Source: Candidatus Eiseniibacteriota bacterium (lineage in GTDB: Bacteria > Eisenbacteria > RBG-16-71-46 > SZUA-252). From it: a stretch of DNA of 64,000 nt. Shown here in pieces: positions 31,063-40,174 of the stretch. The translations under genes were made by a program, and so were the position numbers. Numbering within the stretch: the first letter of the stretch is position 1; every line of letters begins with the position of its first letter. The DNA lies in assembly GCA_963703225.1 (NCBI GenBank), contig OY969801.1, positions 1,344,001-1,408,000 of the forward strand, in the 5' to 3' direction. The notes below the pieces were generated by a model. That model saw only the letters and a list, made by a program, of their open reading frames with translations, had not been told where the DNA came from and ran no database searches.

Positions 31063-31091
31063 TTGACACCCCCCCGCCGGTCGCTTACCTT
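31063..31091 (+). promoter_or_regulatory. Putative sigma70 promoter downstream of asnS
   Basis: TTGACA-N17-TACCTT. Confidence 0.6.
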
Positions 31092-31120
31092 GCGCCGTCT
31101 TCTCGTTGCCGGGTTCGGGC

Positions 31121-31145
31121 CGCCACCCCAGCGGGTGGCGTTTTT
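31121..31145 (+). terminator. Intrinsic terminator-like hairpin
   Basis: CGCCACCC-CAGC-GGGTGGCG followed by TTTTT. Confidence 0.65.
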
Positions 31146-31258
31146 GCGAGCAGCTGCCGAGCCCTTCGGGGCCCGTTACCCGGAATTAACTGGTCCCGCG
31201 CGGGGTATGTGCATGTAGGGTCTCCGAGGCTCGGGAAGGGTGAGGGAAGGTCCAGGCA

Positions 31259-31287
31259 TTGACAGAGGTTACGGGGGCGGGTAGGGT
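31259..31287 (+). promoter_or_regulatory. Putative sigma70 promoter for the PstS-like/TPR/STAS operon
   Basis: TTGACA-N17-TAGGGT. Confidence 0.55.
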
Positions 31288-31294
31288 ACCCCTC

Positions 31295-32222
31295 GTGAGA
31301 GGTTTTCGCCGGGTGCGAAGCGCCCGGTATCATCGGGCGGCGCTCCTCGCGGCCGCCCTGGCCTGCGGGACCTGCTCATCGCCATCCCCCCCTCGAACAA
31401 CTCCCTCCGCGCCGCTGACGCTCGCGGGGACCGAGTACTTGGCGCCGCTCATCCGGGCCGAGGTCTTGGGTTTCAGGGACCGCTACCCGGACGCGGACTC
31501 GATCCAAATTCGGGCGACAGGCTCTGCTGAAGGGATGGAGATGCTCGTGAACGGCGAGGTGTCGATGTCGCTCCTGCTTCGAGATCTGACCGATCCCGAA
31601 GCCGATGCGGCCGTCCAGCGGGAGGGAATGCAGACCTTTCCGATCGCCTGGGACGCGGTTGCCGTGATCGTGAACCCCGCTTCGCCCATCGAGCAGCTTT
31701 CGCGAACGGAGCTGGGCCAGATCTACGGGGGGAAGGCGACGAGCTGGGCGCCTCTGGGTTGGAGACAGGGAGGAGAGATCATCGCGCTGACCGCGGGACC
31801 CCGATGGGGCATCTTCGCCTATCTGGAGCAGACGCTGCTTGGGCGGGGGCTCCTACGCCCCGGCGATCTACGCGCCGCCGACGGAGGCGGAGGTCGTGGA
31901 GGTCGTGGCGACCCGGCGAAACGCCATCGCGTGCGTCTCGCGCCCCTACGCCGAGCAGGCTGGATCGCGCGTCCGGATGCTCCGCGTCTCCCAGGCCGAC
32001 GGGCTTCCGTACGTCGCCCTGGACCGGGAGACGCTCCTCACGCAGCACCTACCCGCTCCTTCGCTCCGATTTCGATCGCGACATCGGCCCACCCGGGGCG
32101 CGGCCGCCAACTTCATCAACTTCGTTTCCGGTATGGACGGTCAGCGTATTGTGGCCCGGCACGGGTATGCCCCGGCCGCCGTGCCGATCGAGATCATTCG
32201 CACCGCAGAGGAGGTGCCTTGA
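31295..32222 (+). CDS. PstS-like periplasmic binding-protein-fold lipoprotein (frameshifted)
   Basis: Lipobox-like ALAC, GSAEG, IAWDAVAVIVNPASPIEQLS..EL..IYGG...W, YPL, FINFVSG.DGQRIV..HGY; start GTG 31295 or 31313. Confidence 0.75.
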
Positions 32223-34057
32223 AGCCCGCGCGCCATCTTGTGGCCGCCTCGATTCTTCTGGGACTCGCGCTGGCCACGTCTCCGCTCTACGCGCTCTCCT
32301 CCAGCGACATGATCAAGCAGGGCATCTCTCTTCTGCGCGACGGAAAGACCCAGGAGGCGCTCGATCTCTTCACCAAGGCTCAGAGACTCGATCCCAACGG
32401 TCCCAAGCCGCACTACTACATCGCCTCGGCGCTGGAGCGTCTCGGCGAGCCGGACAGCGCCCGAGTCGAGTACGAGACCGCGATCAGGCTGAACCCCAAG
32501 TACGTCGAGGCGCTGACCGGTCTCGGCAAGCTGCTCCGCAAGCAGGGAAAGAAGGCCGAGGGGACGGCGAAGCTCGAGGAAGCGGTGAAGTACAGTCCCA
32601 AGGATGCCCCCTCGCTCTACGCGCTGGGGCAGGCCTACCTCGAGGACAAGCGCTACGACGACGCGGAGAAGGTCTTCCGCAAGGGCACCCTGCTGAAGCA
32701 GGGGCGGGCCCTGTTCCTCGCCGGCACGGCGCTGGCCCTGGAGGGGAAGGGGGAGTTGAAGCAGGCGGAGGAGCTTCTGATCCGCGCCCGCGAGACCGAC
32801 CCGAACAACCTGAGGGTCCGGCTCGACCTCGGCGGGTTCTACACCCGGAAGAAGATCCCCGTCCTCGCCGCGCCGGAGTACGGCTGGGCGACCAAGCTCG
32901 ACCCCAAGAATCCGGAAAATTACTATCTCTACGGCAAGGCGCTCGTTGGCATGAACGAATTCAACGCCGGCCTGGCCGCCTTCATTCAGGCGACGGAGCA
33001 GGATTCGACATTCGCGCCGGCCTACCTCGAATCGGGGCGGCTCTTCTATCGCGCGAAGCGGTACAAAGAGTCCGCGGACAATTTCAGGACCTACACCGGC
33101 CTCCGGCCGGAGGAGTACGAGGGGTACTTCGAGTTGGGACGAGCGTTGGCGAACAGCCGAGACCCGAACGATAAGGTCGAGGCGACCATCATGCTGACCA
33201 AGGCGAACGAGCTGAAGCCGGAAGTCCCCGAGGTCCTCGGGAGCCTCTGTAAGCTCTATGCGGAGCAGGGGGAGGCGGGGCGGGACAGCGCGCTCAGCTA
33301 TTGCGACCGGTACGCGTCGCTGGCCGATTCGCTCACGGCCGAGGAGAACCTGCGCGTCGGAATCCTCTACGTGGCGGCCGACGATTCCGCGAAGGCGGTG
33401 GGGCACCTGACGCGCGCGGTCGAGCAGGATTCCACCTTCGCCAAGGACGCGAACTTCCAGCTGGGTTACATGTTCTTCGCGCGGCACGACTACCCGTCGG
33501 CGACCCCCTATTTCGAGCGGACCCTCCGGGCCGACTCGACGTTCGTGCCGGCCTTGCTCAATTTGGCGCTCTGCAAGCTCCAGATGGCCGAGAAGTCCCA
33601 GGCGATCGAAATCCTGAGAAAATCGCTGGCCGTCAAGCCGAACGACGCCCGTGCGATGATCTGGATTGGGCAGACGATGCTCACCATGGAGCCCGATTCG
33701 CTCCCGGTGGCGCTCGACGTCTATCGCGGCGCCATCGAGGCCGACTCCACCAGCGGGGACGCGTATCGAGGGGCGGGTCTCGCGCTCTTGCTCATGGAGA
33801 ATTGCTCCGAATCCCAAACCTACTTCGACAAGGCGGCGGAACTGGAACCCAATCACGTCCAGGGACACATCTGGCTCGCGCAGGCCTGCTCCAAGTGTCG
33901 CGATCAAACGCGCGCCAAGATCGAATTCAACAAAGCTCTCGAGATCGATCCTACGAACCGAGAGGCGTCCCGCGGGCTGGATATCATCCGGAAGTGGGAG
34001 CAGCAGCAGCTCCAGAAGAGCTCCGGCGCGGCAAGCGCGGGCACCACAACACCGTAG
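32219..34057 (+). CDS. Secreted multi-TPR protein
   Basis: TTG overlaps the upstream stop; signal peptide and more than 10 TPR-like repeats (e.g. AIRLNPKYVEALTGLG, ALEIDPTN). Confidence 0.85.
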   Translation: MKPARHLVAASILLGLALATSPLYALSSSDMIKQGISLLRDGKTQEALDLFTKAQRLDPNGPKPHYYIASALERLGEPDSARVEYETAIRLNPKYVEALTGLGKLLRKQGKKAEGTAKLEEAVKYSPKDAPSLYALGQAYLEDKRYDDAEKVFRKGTLLKQGRALFLAGTALALEGKGELKQAEELLIRARETDPNNLRVRLDLGGFYTRKKIPVLAAPEYGWATKLDPKNPENYYLYGKALVGMNEFNAGLAAFIQATEQDSTFAPAYLESGRLFYRAKRYKESADNFRTYTGLRPEEYEGYFELGRALANSRDPNDKVEATIMLTKANELKPEVPEVLGSLCKLYAEQGEAGRDSALSYCDRYASLADSLTAEENLRVGILYVAADDSAKAVGHLTRAVEQDSTFAKDANFQLGYMFFARHDYPSATPYFERTLRADSTFVPALLNLALCKLQMAEKSQAIEILRKSLAVKPNDARAMIWIGQTMLTMEPDSLPVALDVYRGAIEADSTSGDAYRGAGLALLLMENCSESQTYFDKAAELEPNHVQGHIWLAQACSKCRDQTRAKIEFNKALEIDPTNREASRGLDIIRKWEQQQLQKSSGAASAGTTTP

Positions 34058-34090
34058 GCCAACGCGGCGGGATGCCGCGCACAGGGAGGC

Positions 34091-34432
34091 ATGATGAGCT
34101 TGGATGTCCGGACGTCGGGTGATGTGACCATTCTGACCCCCAAGGGGATGCTCTTGGGCGGCAAGGAGACGGACGAGCTGCAGGCGAAGATCAAAGAGCT
34201 GAGTGAAGCGGGAAATCGCAAGCTGCTGATCAACCTCGGCCAGACCACCTTCTTGAACTCGGTTTCCCTGGGCGCCCTGATCAGCGGACATACCAGCTAC
34301 GCCAAGCGGGACGCGCAGATGAAGCTCTGCGCCGTGGACAAGAAGATCCAGAATATCTTCGTGGTGACCAAGCTCTCCCTGGTCTTTGACGTGCACGACA
34401 AGTGCGAGGACGCGATCGCCAGCTTCAAGTAG
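34091..34432 (+). CDS. STAS-domain anti-sigma factor antagonist (SpoIIAA/RsbV-like)
   Basis: 113 aa; KLLINLGQTTFLNSVSLGALI, IFVVTKLSLVF. Confidence 0.85.
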   Translation: MMSLDVRTSGDVTILTPKGMLLGGKETDELQAKIKELSEAGNRKLLINLGQTTFLNSVSLGALISGHTSYAKRDAQMKLCAVDKKIQNIFVVTKLSLVFDVHDKCEDAIASFK

Positions 34433-34536
34433 GCGGGTATTGCCGGTCGGGTCGGGCCTGAGGCATACTTGAAGCCTAGCCCGACAAATCGCTCGGACGA
34501 GCAAGACGTAACCATCCGGAACAGGAGGAAGTCGCA

Positions 34537-35260
34537 GTGAGACAAGGTTTGTTCCTGACGATAGTCGCCGTGGCCGCGCTGGCCATCGCCATCGTGGTCT
34601 ATATGTTTCTGCCCGAATACATCAAGTCGGGCGGGCCGCTGGTGGCGATGCTCATCATGCTTTCCATCATGTCGGTGACCCTGGTCTTCGAGCGCCTCTT
34701 CACGATCTCGAGAGCGCGGGGGAAGGAACCCGATTCCGACCTTCATGCGGAACGTCCGCAAGAAGATCGACGCCATGGACATCGAGGGCGCGGCCGACAT
34801 GTGCTCCAAGCAGCGTGGCTCGCTCGCGAACGTGCTCCGCGCCGGCCTCGACCGTTACGCCGTGGTGCGAGCGGCTCCGATCGATCGCGCCGCTAAGGTC
34901 CAGGAAGTACAGAAGGCGATGGAAGAGGCCAACATGCTCGAGGTGCCGCTTCTGGAGCGGAACCTCATCGCACTGGCCACGATCGCATCGATCGCGACGA
35001 TGGTCGGCCTCCTCGGGACGGTCATCGGGATGATCCGCTCGTTCTCGGCGCTCGGCCATACCGGATCGGTGGACGCGGTGAAGCTGGCGGTCGGGATCTC
35101 GGAGGCGCTCATCAACACCGCCGGCGGCCTCTTCGTGGCCATCTTCTCGATCGTGCTCTATAACATCTTCGTGACGATGATCGACAACTTCAACTACATG
35201 ATGGACGAAGCGACCCTCGAAGTGGTCGAGGTGATCTCGATCAAGGAAGCGACGAAGTAG
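34537..35260 (+). CDS. exbB: MotA/TolQ/ExbB proton channel protein (indel near 34730)
   Basis: SGGPL...FER; LATIASIATMVGLLGTVIGMIRSF; GISEALINTAGGL. Confidence 0.88.
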
Positions 35261-35261
35261 C

Positions 35262-35705
35262 ATGGCCGCGAGGAAGATGAAGCGGATCGGGGTCAAGATC
35301 GACATGACCCCCATGGTCGACGTGGCCTTTCTGCTTCTCATTTTCTTCATGTCGACGTCGCAGTTCGATCCGCCGCAAAAGATCCCGATCCAGCTTCCGG
35401 ACAGCCACTCCAATCTCAAGGTGCCGGAGTCGGATGTGTTGATCCTGGGAATCGGCAAGGAAAACCAGCTGCTCTATCAGCTCGGGAAGAATCCGCAAGA
35501 GATGACCGACCTGGGAAGCCTCGAGCAGCTGGTGCTGGACCAGCGCCGGCGAAACCCAAGGCTGCGGGTGGCGATCAAGGCCGACAAGGAGTCGGACTAC
35601 GGGACGATGGAAGACGTCATGGCCATCATGCAAAAGACCAACACGATCACGTTCAGCCTCGTCACCGAGCTCGTCGCGAGCAAGAAGTCCGCGATGAGGA
35701 TCTAG
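35262..35705 (+). CDS. exbD: ExbD/TolR family protein
   Basis: IDMTPMVDVAFLLLIFFM; IKADKESDYG. Confidence 0.88.
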   Translation: MAARKMKRIGVKIDMTPMVDVAFLLLIFFMSTSQFDPPQKIPIQLPDSHSNLKVPESDVLILGIGKENQLLYQLGKNPQEMTDLGSLEQLVLDQRRRNPRLRVAIKADKESDYGTMEDVMAIMQKTNTITFSLVTELVASKKSAMRI

Positions 35706-35743
35706 GGCGGAATGAACGCAGTGATACGAAGGAGTGATGACCG

Positions 35744-36262
35744 ATGGGTGCCGTAGACACCCCAGAATCCGGCGTAAAACATAAAAAGGGGGGAATGCGG
35801 AAGCGCCAACCCAAGCGCATCGGGGTCAAGATCGACATGACGCCGATGGTGGACGTGGCGTTCCTCCTCCTGATCTTCTTCATGTGCACCACGGTATTCC
35901 GGAAGCCGCAGGCGCTGGAGATCAACCTCCCGCCCGATCCCAAGGCCAAGGTGGAAATCGCGCAGTCGAACGTGCTCACGCTCCGGGTCGTGGCCCCCGA
36001 CGACAAGTCCAAGGGCGAGGTTCGTGCTTTTTGGACGCTGGCCAAGGATCCGTACAAAGAGGCGAAGCTCGACGCGCTGGAGGGGATCTTCGCGGCCGAG
36101 GGGAAGAAGAATCCCAAGCTCGTCGTCCTCGTCAAGATCGACCGGAGGGCCAAGTACAAATACATGGTCGACATCATCGATCAGCTCCAATTCGCGGAGC
36201 TGAACCGGTTTTCGCTCGCACCGCTGGAGCCGGCTGAGAAGAAGGAGGTCGAGGCGCTGTGA
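35744..36262 (+). CDS. exbD: ExbD/TolR family protein
   Basis: IDMTPMVDVAFLLLIFFM; KIDRRAKYKYMVDIID. Confidence 0.88.
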   Translation: MGAVDTPESGVKHKKGGMRKRQPKRIGVKIDMTPMVDVAFLLLIFFMCTTVFRKPQALEINLPPDPKAKVEIAQSNVLTLRVVAPDDKSKGEVRAFWTLAKDPYKEAKLDALEGIFAAEGKKNPKLVVLVKIDRRAKYKYMVDIIDQLQFAELNRFSLAPLEPAEKKEVEAL

Positions 36263-36975
36263 CCTCCACCGTACTCAGCACCGTGGATCGCGTCCCGATC
36301 GGGGCCGCCGACCTCAAGGCCAATTCGCAGCGCATGCTGCGAAAGGCGCTGATCATCTCCGCCGGGATCCACCTCGGAATCATCGGACTCTACATGCTCA
36401 GCACCATGTGGAAGCCGCCCGACGAGGCTGCCTACACGGGCCGGGTAATCAAAATGCAGACCCTGCCGCCGCCGCCGCCGCTCTCCGACGCGCCGCCGCC
36501 GCCAGTGATTCCGATCACGCAGGAGATCGTCAAGCCGACGATCGGGACGCCGGTTCCGGTTCCCGACCAGTTGGCGCCCGAGCAGACGATCATGACGCAG
36601 CAGGAATTGGCGGCGCAGCTCACGCCGGTTGGATTGGGTCGGGGAGCGGGCAGGGACAGTCTCGTGATCGCCGCGGACGACCTGCCTGGAGAGGGCGAGT
36701 TTGTCTACTACGAAGACGAGCCGGTGCCGGTGACCCAGGTGACGCCGACCTACCCCGAGTTCGCGCGGGACGCCCAGATTCAGGGAACGGTGCTGCTGCA
36801 CGTCCTGGTGGGGAAGGATGGCCGTGTCAAGAACGTCAAGGTGAAGCGGAGCGTGACCGGGCTCGACGCGTCCGCGGTCGAGGCCATCAAGAAGTGGGTG
36901 TTCAAGCCAGCGCTCAGCAACAACAAGCCGGTCGCCGTCTGGGTCGAAGTGCCCATGAACTTCCATCTCAATTGA
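36259..36975 (+). CDS. tonB: TonB energy transducer
   Basis: TM with SAGIH, poly-Pro linker, TonB_C (PTYPEFARDAQIQGTV...W.FKPA). Confidence 0.88.
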   Translation: MTSTVLSTVDRVPIGAADLKANSQRMLRKALIISAGIHLGIIGLYMLSTMWKPPDEAAYTGRVIKMQTLPPPPPLSDAPPPPVIPITQEIVKPTIGTPVPVPDQLAPEQTIMTQQELAAQLTPVGLGRGAGRDSLVIAADDLPGEGEFVYYEDEPVPVTQVTPTYPEFARDAQIQGTVLLHVLVGKDGRVKNVKVKRSVTGLDASAVEAIKKWVFKPALSNNKPVAVWVEVPMNFHLN

Positions 36976-37075
36976 GCGATCCGAAGATACGAATCGAGGC
37001 GGGGCCCCCTCGCTAATCTGAACTCCCCGCCGCCCATCGGCGGGGCGGAGCCGGGACAAGAAAGGTCGACGCGAT

Positions 37076-37786
37076 ATGACCGCGATGACCGTCCCTCCCC
37101 CCGGCTGGGCGCCGATCGGCGCCCGCGAACTCAAGGAGCACTCCCGCCGGTACATCGGGTCCGGGCTCGCGCTCTCTGGAACGGCGCATGTTCTTCTGCT
37201 GGTCGTCGTCCTCGGTCTCCAGGCGCGGGCGCCGATCGACCTGCCGAGACGGAACTTCCCGCCGGTCATCCTGCTTCCCGAGCCGCCCATTCCTCGGGTC
37301 GTTGTCACCGAGCCTTCGCCTGAGCCTGGGGCTGGGATACCCCACCGAGAGGGCGGCATCATTCGCCCGGCTGTCGACCCGCCCCGGATCGAGGTGCCGA
37401 GCTCGGTACCCATCGCGAAAGGTCCCGACATCCGGCCCGGCGGACCCCGCCAGAACCCAAACGCAGGATTCACTCGTTCCGATTCGGCAGCCGACGATCC
37501 CAGCGAATCCACCCTGGTCGCGTACGACGTGGCGCCGGTTCCAACATTCCGGCCGAGCCCGGTGTATTCCGATTGGCAACGAGACGCAGGGATCGAAGGG
37601 CGGGTGGTCCTTCACGCGCTCGTGGGAAGGGATGGACGGGTGAAGCGGGTGAACGTGGTCCGCGACGTCGGGGGACTGAGCGAGCCGGCGCGCGCCGCGA
37701 TCGCCCGCTGGATCTTTCGTCCCGCCACCTTCGGCGGAAAGCCCGTGTCGGTTTGGGTCGAGATCCCGGTCGATTTCAGACTCTAG
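37076..37786 (+). CDS. tonB: TonB family protein
   Basis: TM with SGTAH, Pro-rich linker, TonB_C (AGIEGRVV...WIFRPA). Confidence 0.82.
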   Translation: MTAMTVPPPGWAPIGARELKEHSRRYIGSGLALSGTAHVLLLVVVLGLQARAPIDLPRRNFPPVILLPEPPIPRVVVTEPSPEPGAGIPHREGGIIRPAVDPPRIEVPSSVPIAKGPDIRPGGPRQNPNAGFTRSDSAADDPSESTLVAYDVAPVPTFRPSPVYSDWQRDAGIEGRVVLHALVGRDGRVKRVNVVRDVGGLSEPARAAIARWIFRPATFGGKPVSVWVEIPVDFRL

Positions 37787-37826
37787 GGACGGGGCGTTCG
37801 GCGGCTGTGGTGGCGCCCAAATACCT

Positions 37827-37855
37827 TTGACAGCCCCAGCGTCGCGGCCTAGTCT
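37827..37855 (+). promoter_or_regulatory. Putative sigma70 promoter for the second exbB operon
   Basis: TTGACA-N17-TAGTCT, with 8 nt between the -10 box and ATG 37864. Confidence 0.6.
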
Positions 37856-37863
37856 CTAAGGTC

Positions 37864-38655
37864 ATGCCTCGTTCCGGCAATCGCTGGTATTATAAGTATT
37901 TCCACGCTTTTGTGCTCTCCGCTGGAGGGCTCCTTCCGGCCGCCGTGGCGCTTGCGGCGGGCGGCGGAGCAGGGCGGATCCCGAACGAGAGCGGCATCCT
38001 CGAACTCTACTGGACGGGCGGGGTGTTCATGCACCCCATCCTGCTCTGCTCGGTCGTCGGCCTGGCCATCATTTTGGAGAGGCTCTTTTTCTTCGCCAAG
38101 GCGCGCACGGACACGGGGCGGCTCATGAACGAGCTCCTCCGCCTATTACAAGAAGATGGCTTCGAGGCGGCGCAACGGATGCTGCACGGGACCCGCGGGC
38201 CGATCGCGGCGGTGCTTCATTCGGGCCTCGCGCGGGCCAAGAAAGGGCCCGAAGCGGTCGAGAAGGCGATCACCACCGCGGCGTCGATCGAGACCGCGCT
38301 CCTCGAGCGAGGGCTGATCTGGCTCGCCACGGTCGCGAATATCGCGCCGCTTCTTGGATTCCTCGGAACGGTCTCGGGAATGATCCACGCCTTCGAGGCG
38401 ATCGCGGCGGCGGAGGAGGTCTCGGCGAAGTTGGTGGCCACGGGTATCTACGAAGCGCTGATCACAACGGCGGCGGGCTTGATCGTGGCGATCCCGGTCC
38501 AGACGGCGCACAACTACTTCGTCTCGCGGATCGACAAGTTTGTGATCGACATGGAGGAATCGGGCGCCGAGCTGATCGACGCCCTCACGACCCACTCCAA
38601 GCAATGGGAGCGGTTCTTGACGACGGTTCGTCCACCCGCCGCATCCACGAAATGA
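37864..38655 (+). CDS. exbB: MotA/TolQ/ExbB proton channel protein
   Basis: GGVFMHPILLCS, LATVANIAPLLGFLGTVSGMI, GIYEALITTAAGL. Confidence 0.88.
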   Translation: MPRSGNRWYYKYFHAFVLSAGGLLPAAVALAAGGGAGRIPNESGILELYWTGGVFMHPILLCSVVGLAIILERLFFFAKARTDTGRLMNELLRLLQEDGFEAAQRMLHGTRGPIAAVLHSGLARAKKGPEAVEKAITTAASIETALLERGLIWLATVANIAPLLGFLGTVSGMIHAFEAIAAAEEVSAKLVATGIYEALITTAAGLIVAIPVQTAHNYFVSRIDKFVIDMEESGAELIDALTTHSKQWERFLTTVRPPAASTK

Positions 38656-39059
38656 AGCCTCTCCGAAGGCGCCATCCTCACCCGGAGATCCCCCTCGTCT
38701 CCACCGCGGACGTCGCGTTCCTGCTCCTGATCTTCTTTCTCTCCACGGCGACCTTGAGCGTCGAGCGGGGAATCGTGCTCGGCCTGCCGGCTCCCGGCAC
38801 GGCGGAGCTCGTGTTGCGGCCCGACCGGATCGCGCGCGTGACGATCTCGGGCGACCGGGTGATGTCGCTCGACGGCGCGGCGATCCAATCGAATGAGTTG
38901 AGGCGCGCCCTGGCCTCGAGGATCCGGGAGCAACCCGGCCTGGTCGTCACGCTTTCGATCGATCGCGCGGCGCCCTACGCTGCGGTGGTCGAGGCGCTGG
39001 ACCAGGTGAAGCTCTCCGGCGCCCGCCAGATCTCGCTCCGGACGGAAGGCGAGCCGTGA
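38652..39059 (+). CDS. exbD: ExbD/TolR family protein
   Basis: EIPLVSTADVAFLLLIFFL; DRAAPYAAVVEALD. Confidence 0.85.
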   Translation: MKPLRRRHPHPEIPLVSTADVAFLLLIFFLSTATLSVERGIVLGLPAPGTAELVLRPDRIARVTISGDRVMSLDGAAIQSNELRRALASRIREQPGLVVTLSIDRAAPYAAVVEALDQVKLSGARQISLRTEGEP

Positions 39060-39466
39060 ACATCCGCCGGCGGGTCCGACACCAAAACATGATCCCGACC
39101 GCGTCGATGGCCGACATCGCGATGCTCCTCCTGATCTTCTTCATGAGCACGACGATCATCCGCTCGCGGGAGATCCTCGACATTCACCTCCCGGGCATCA
39201 CGACGGGAGAGCGGGTTCGGAGGGAGACCACGGTCCGGATCTCGCTCGGGCCGAACGGGGAGGTGGCCTTCAACGACGCCCGGATCTCCCTCTCCGACGT
39301 GGGACGGGTCCTGGCCGAAAAGCTGCGGCGAAATCCGGCGCTCACCATCGCGCTGCATGCCGACGCGAGGGCGCCGTATGGGGCCGTCTCGGGCCTCATC
39401 GATCAGGTGAAGGCCGCCCGCGCCCCTCGGGTAACGCTGGTGGCCGATCGGAGGGGCGGCTCGTGA
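39056..39466 (+). CDS. exbD: ExbD/TolR family protein
   Basis: IPTASMADIAMLLLIFFM; HADARAPYG. Confidence 0.85.
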   Translation: MNIRRRVRHQNMIPTASMADIAMLLLIFFMSTTIIRSREILDIHLPGITTGERVRRETTVRISLGPNGEVAFNDARISLSDVGRVLAEKLRRNPALTIALHADARAPYGAVSGLIDQVKAARAPRVTLVADRRGGS

Positions 39467-40173
39467 GCGCGCTGGTCGGGAGTCACCCTCTCAAACGGCG
39501 CTACTACGGGGACATGCGAAACGCGCTGGTCGCGGCCTCTCTGCTGCACGTGCTCGTCTTCGCAATCGCGCCGCCGTACCGACCCCGCCCGTTTCAGATG
39601 AAGCCTGATTTTCTTCGGATCGTGGACGCCGTCGTGCCGTCGCTAGAGGGTGGGCCGGCGGGACCACCGGCTCGCGCCGACGCCGAGCCCACACCCCCGC
39701 GAGAGCGGCTGGTCGCGAATCTCTCGATCCGCACCCAGAACGGCGCCGCGGAGATCCCTCCCGCCCAAGCGGCCGCGCGCTCGGGCGACGGGGGCTCGGG
39801 TGCCGCGGATGGCACCGGAAGAGGGGGAGGTACCGGGACCGCCTACGACGAGGCACCGCCCGTCTTCTACTCCTACGACACGGCGCCCAGAGTGAGGCGC
39901 AGGGTCGAGCCAGAGTACCCGGCCGCGGCGCGGGACATGGGGGCCGAAGGCACCGTGGTGGTGAACCTGAACATCGACGAGAAAGGGCGAATCATGCGCG
40001 CCTGGGTCGCGACGGCCAGCGCGAACGAGATCTTGATCAACGCGGCGCTCGACGCGGCCTACGAGTTTGAGTTCGTGCCCGGCGCGGAACGCGACGTCCC
40101 GGTCAAGTGCACCGTAGCCATACCTTTCCAGTTCACCTTGAAACGAGTCCTGGAACTGACGGAGGACAAGTAA
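39463..40173 (+). CDS. tonB: TonB family protein
   Basis: TM with SLLH, Gly/Pro linker, TonB_C (PEYPAAARDMGAEGTV...FVPG). Confidence 0.82.
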   Translation: MSALVGSHPLKRRYYGDMRNALVAASLLHVLVFAIAPPYRPRPFQMKPDFLRIVDAVVPSLEGGPAGPPARADAEPTPPRERLVANLSIRTQNGAAEIPPAQAAARSGDGGSGAADGTGRGGGTGTAYDEAPPVFYSYDTAPRVRRRVEPEYPAAARDMGAEGTVVVNLNIDEKGRIMRAWVATASANEILINAALDAAYEFEFVPGAERDVPVKCTVAIPFQFTLKRVLELTEDK

Positions 40174-40174
40174 C

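Noticed and set aside
31259..34057. Apparent 932-aa PstS-TPR fusion ORF
   Set aside because: Produced by frameshifts. The PstS-like C-terminus lies in another frame and stops at 32222, and the TPR protein has its own signal peptide from 32219.
37025..37045. 8-bp GC hairpin (CCCCGCCG/CGGCGGGG) between two tonB genes
   Set aside because: No U-tract; such stems are common at this GC content, so it is not called as a terminator.
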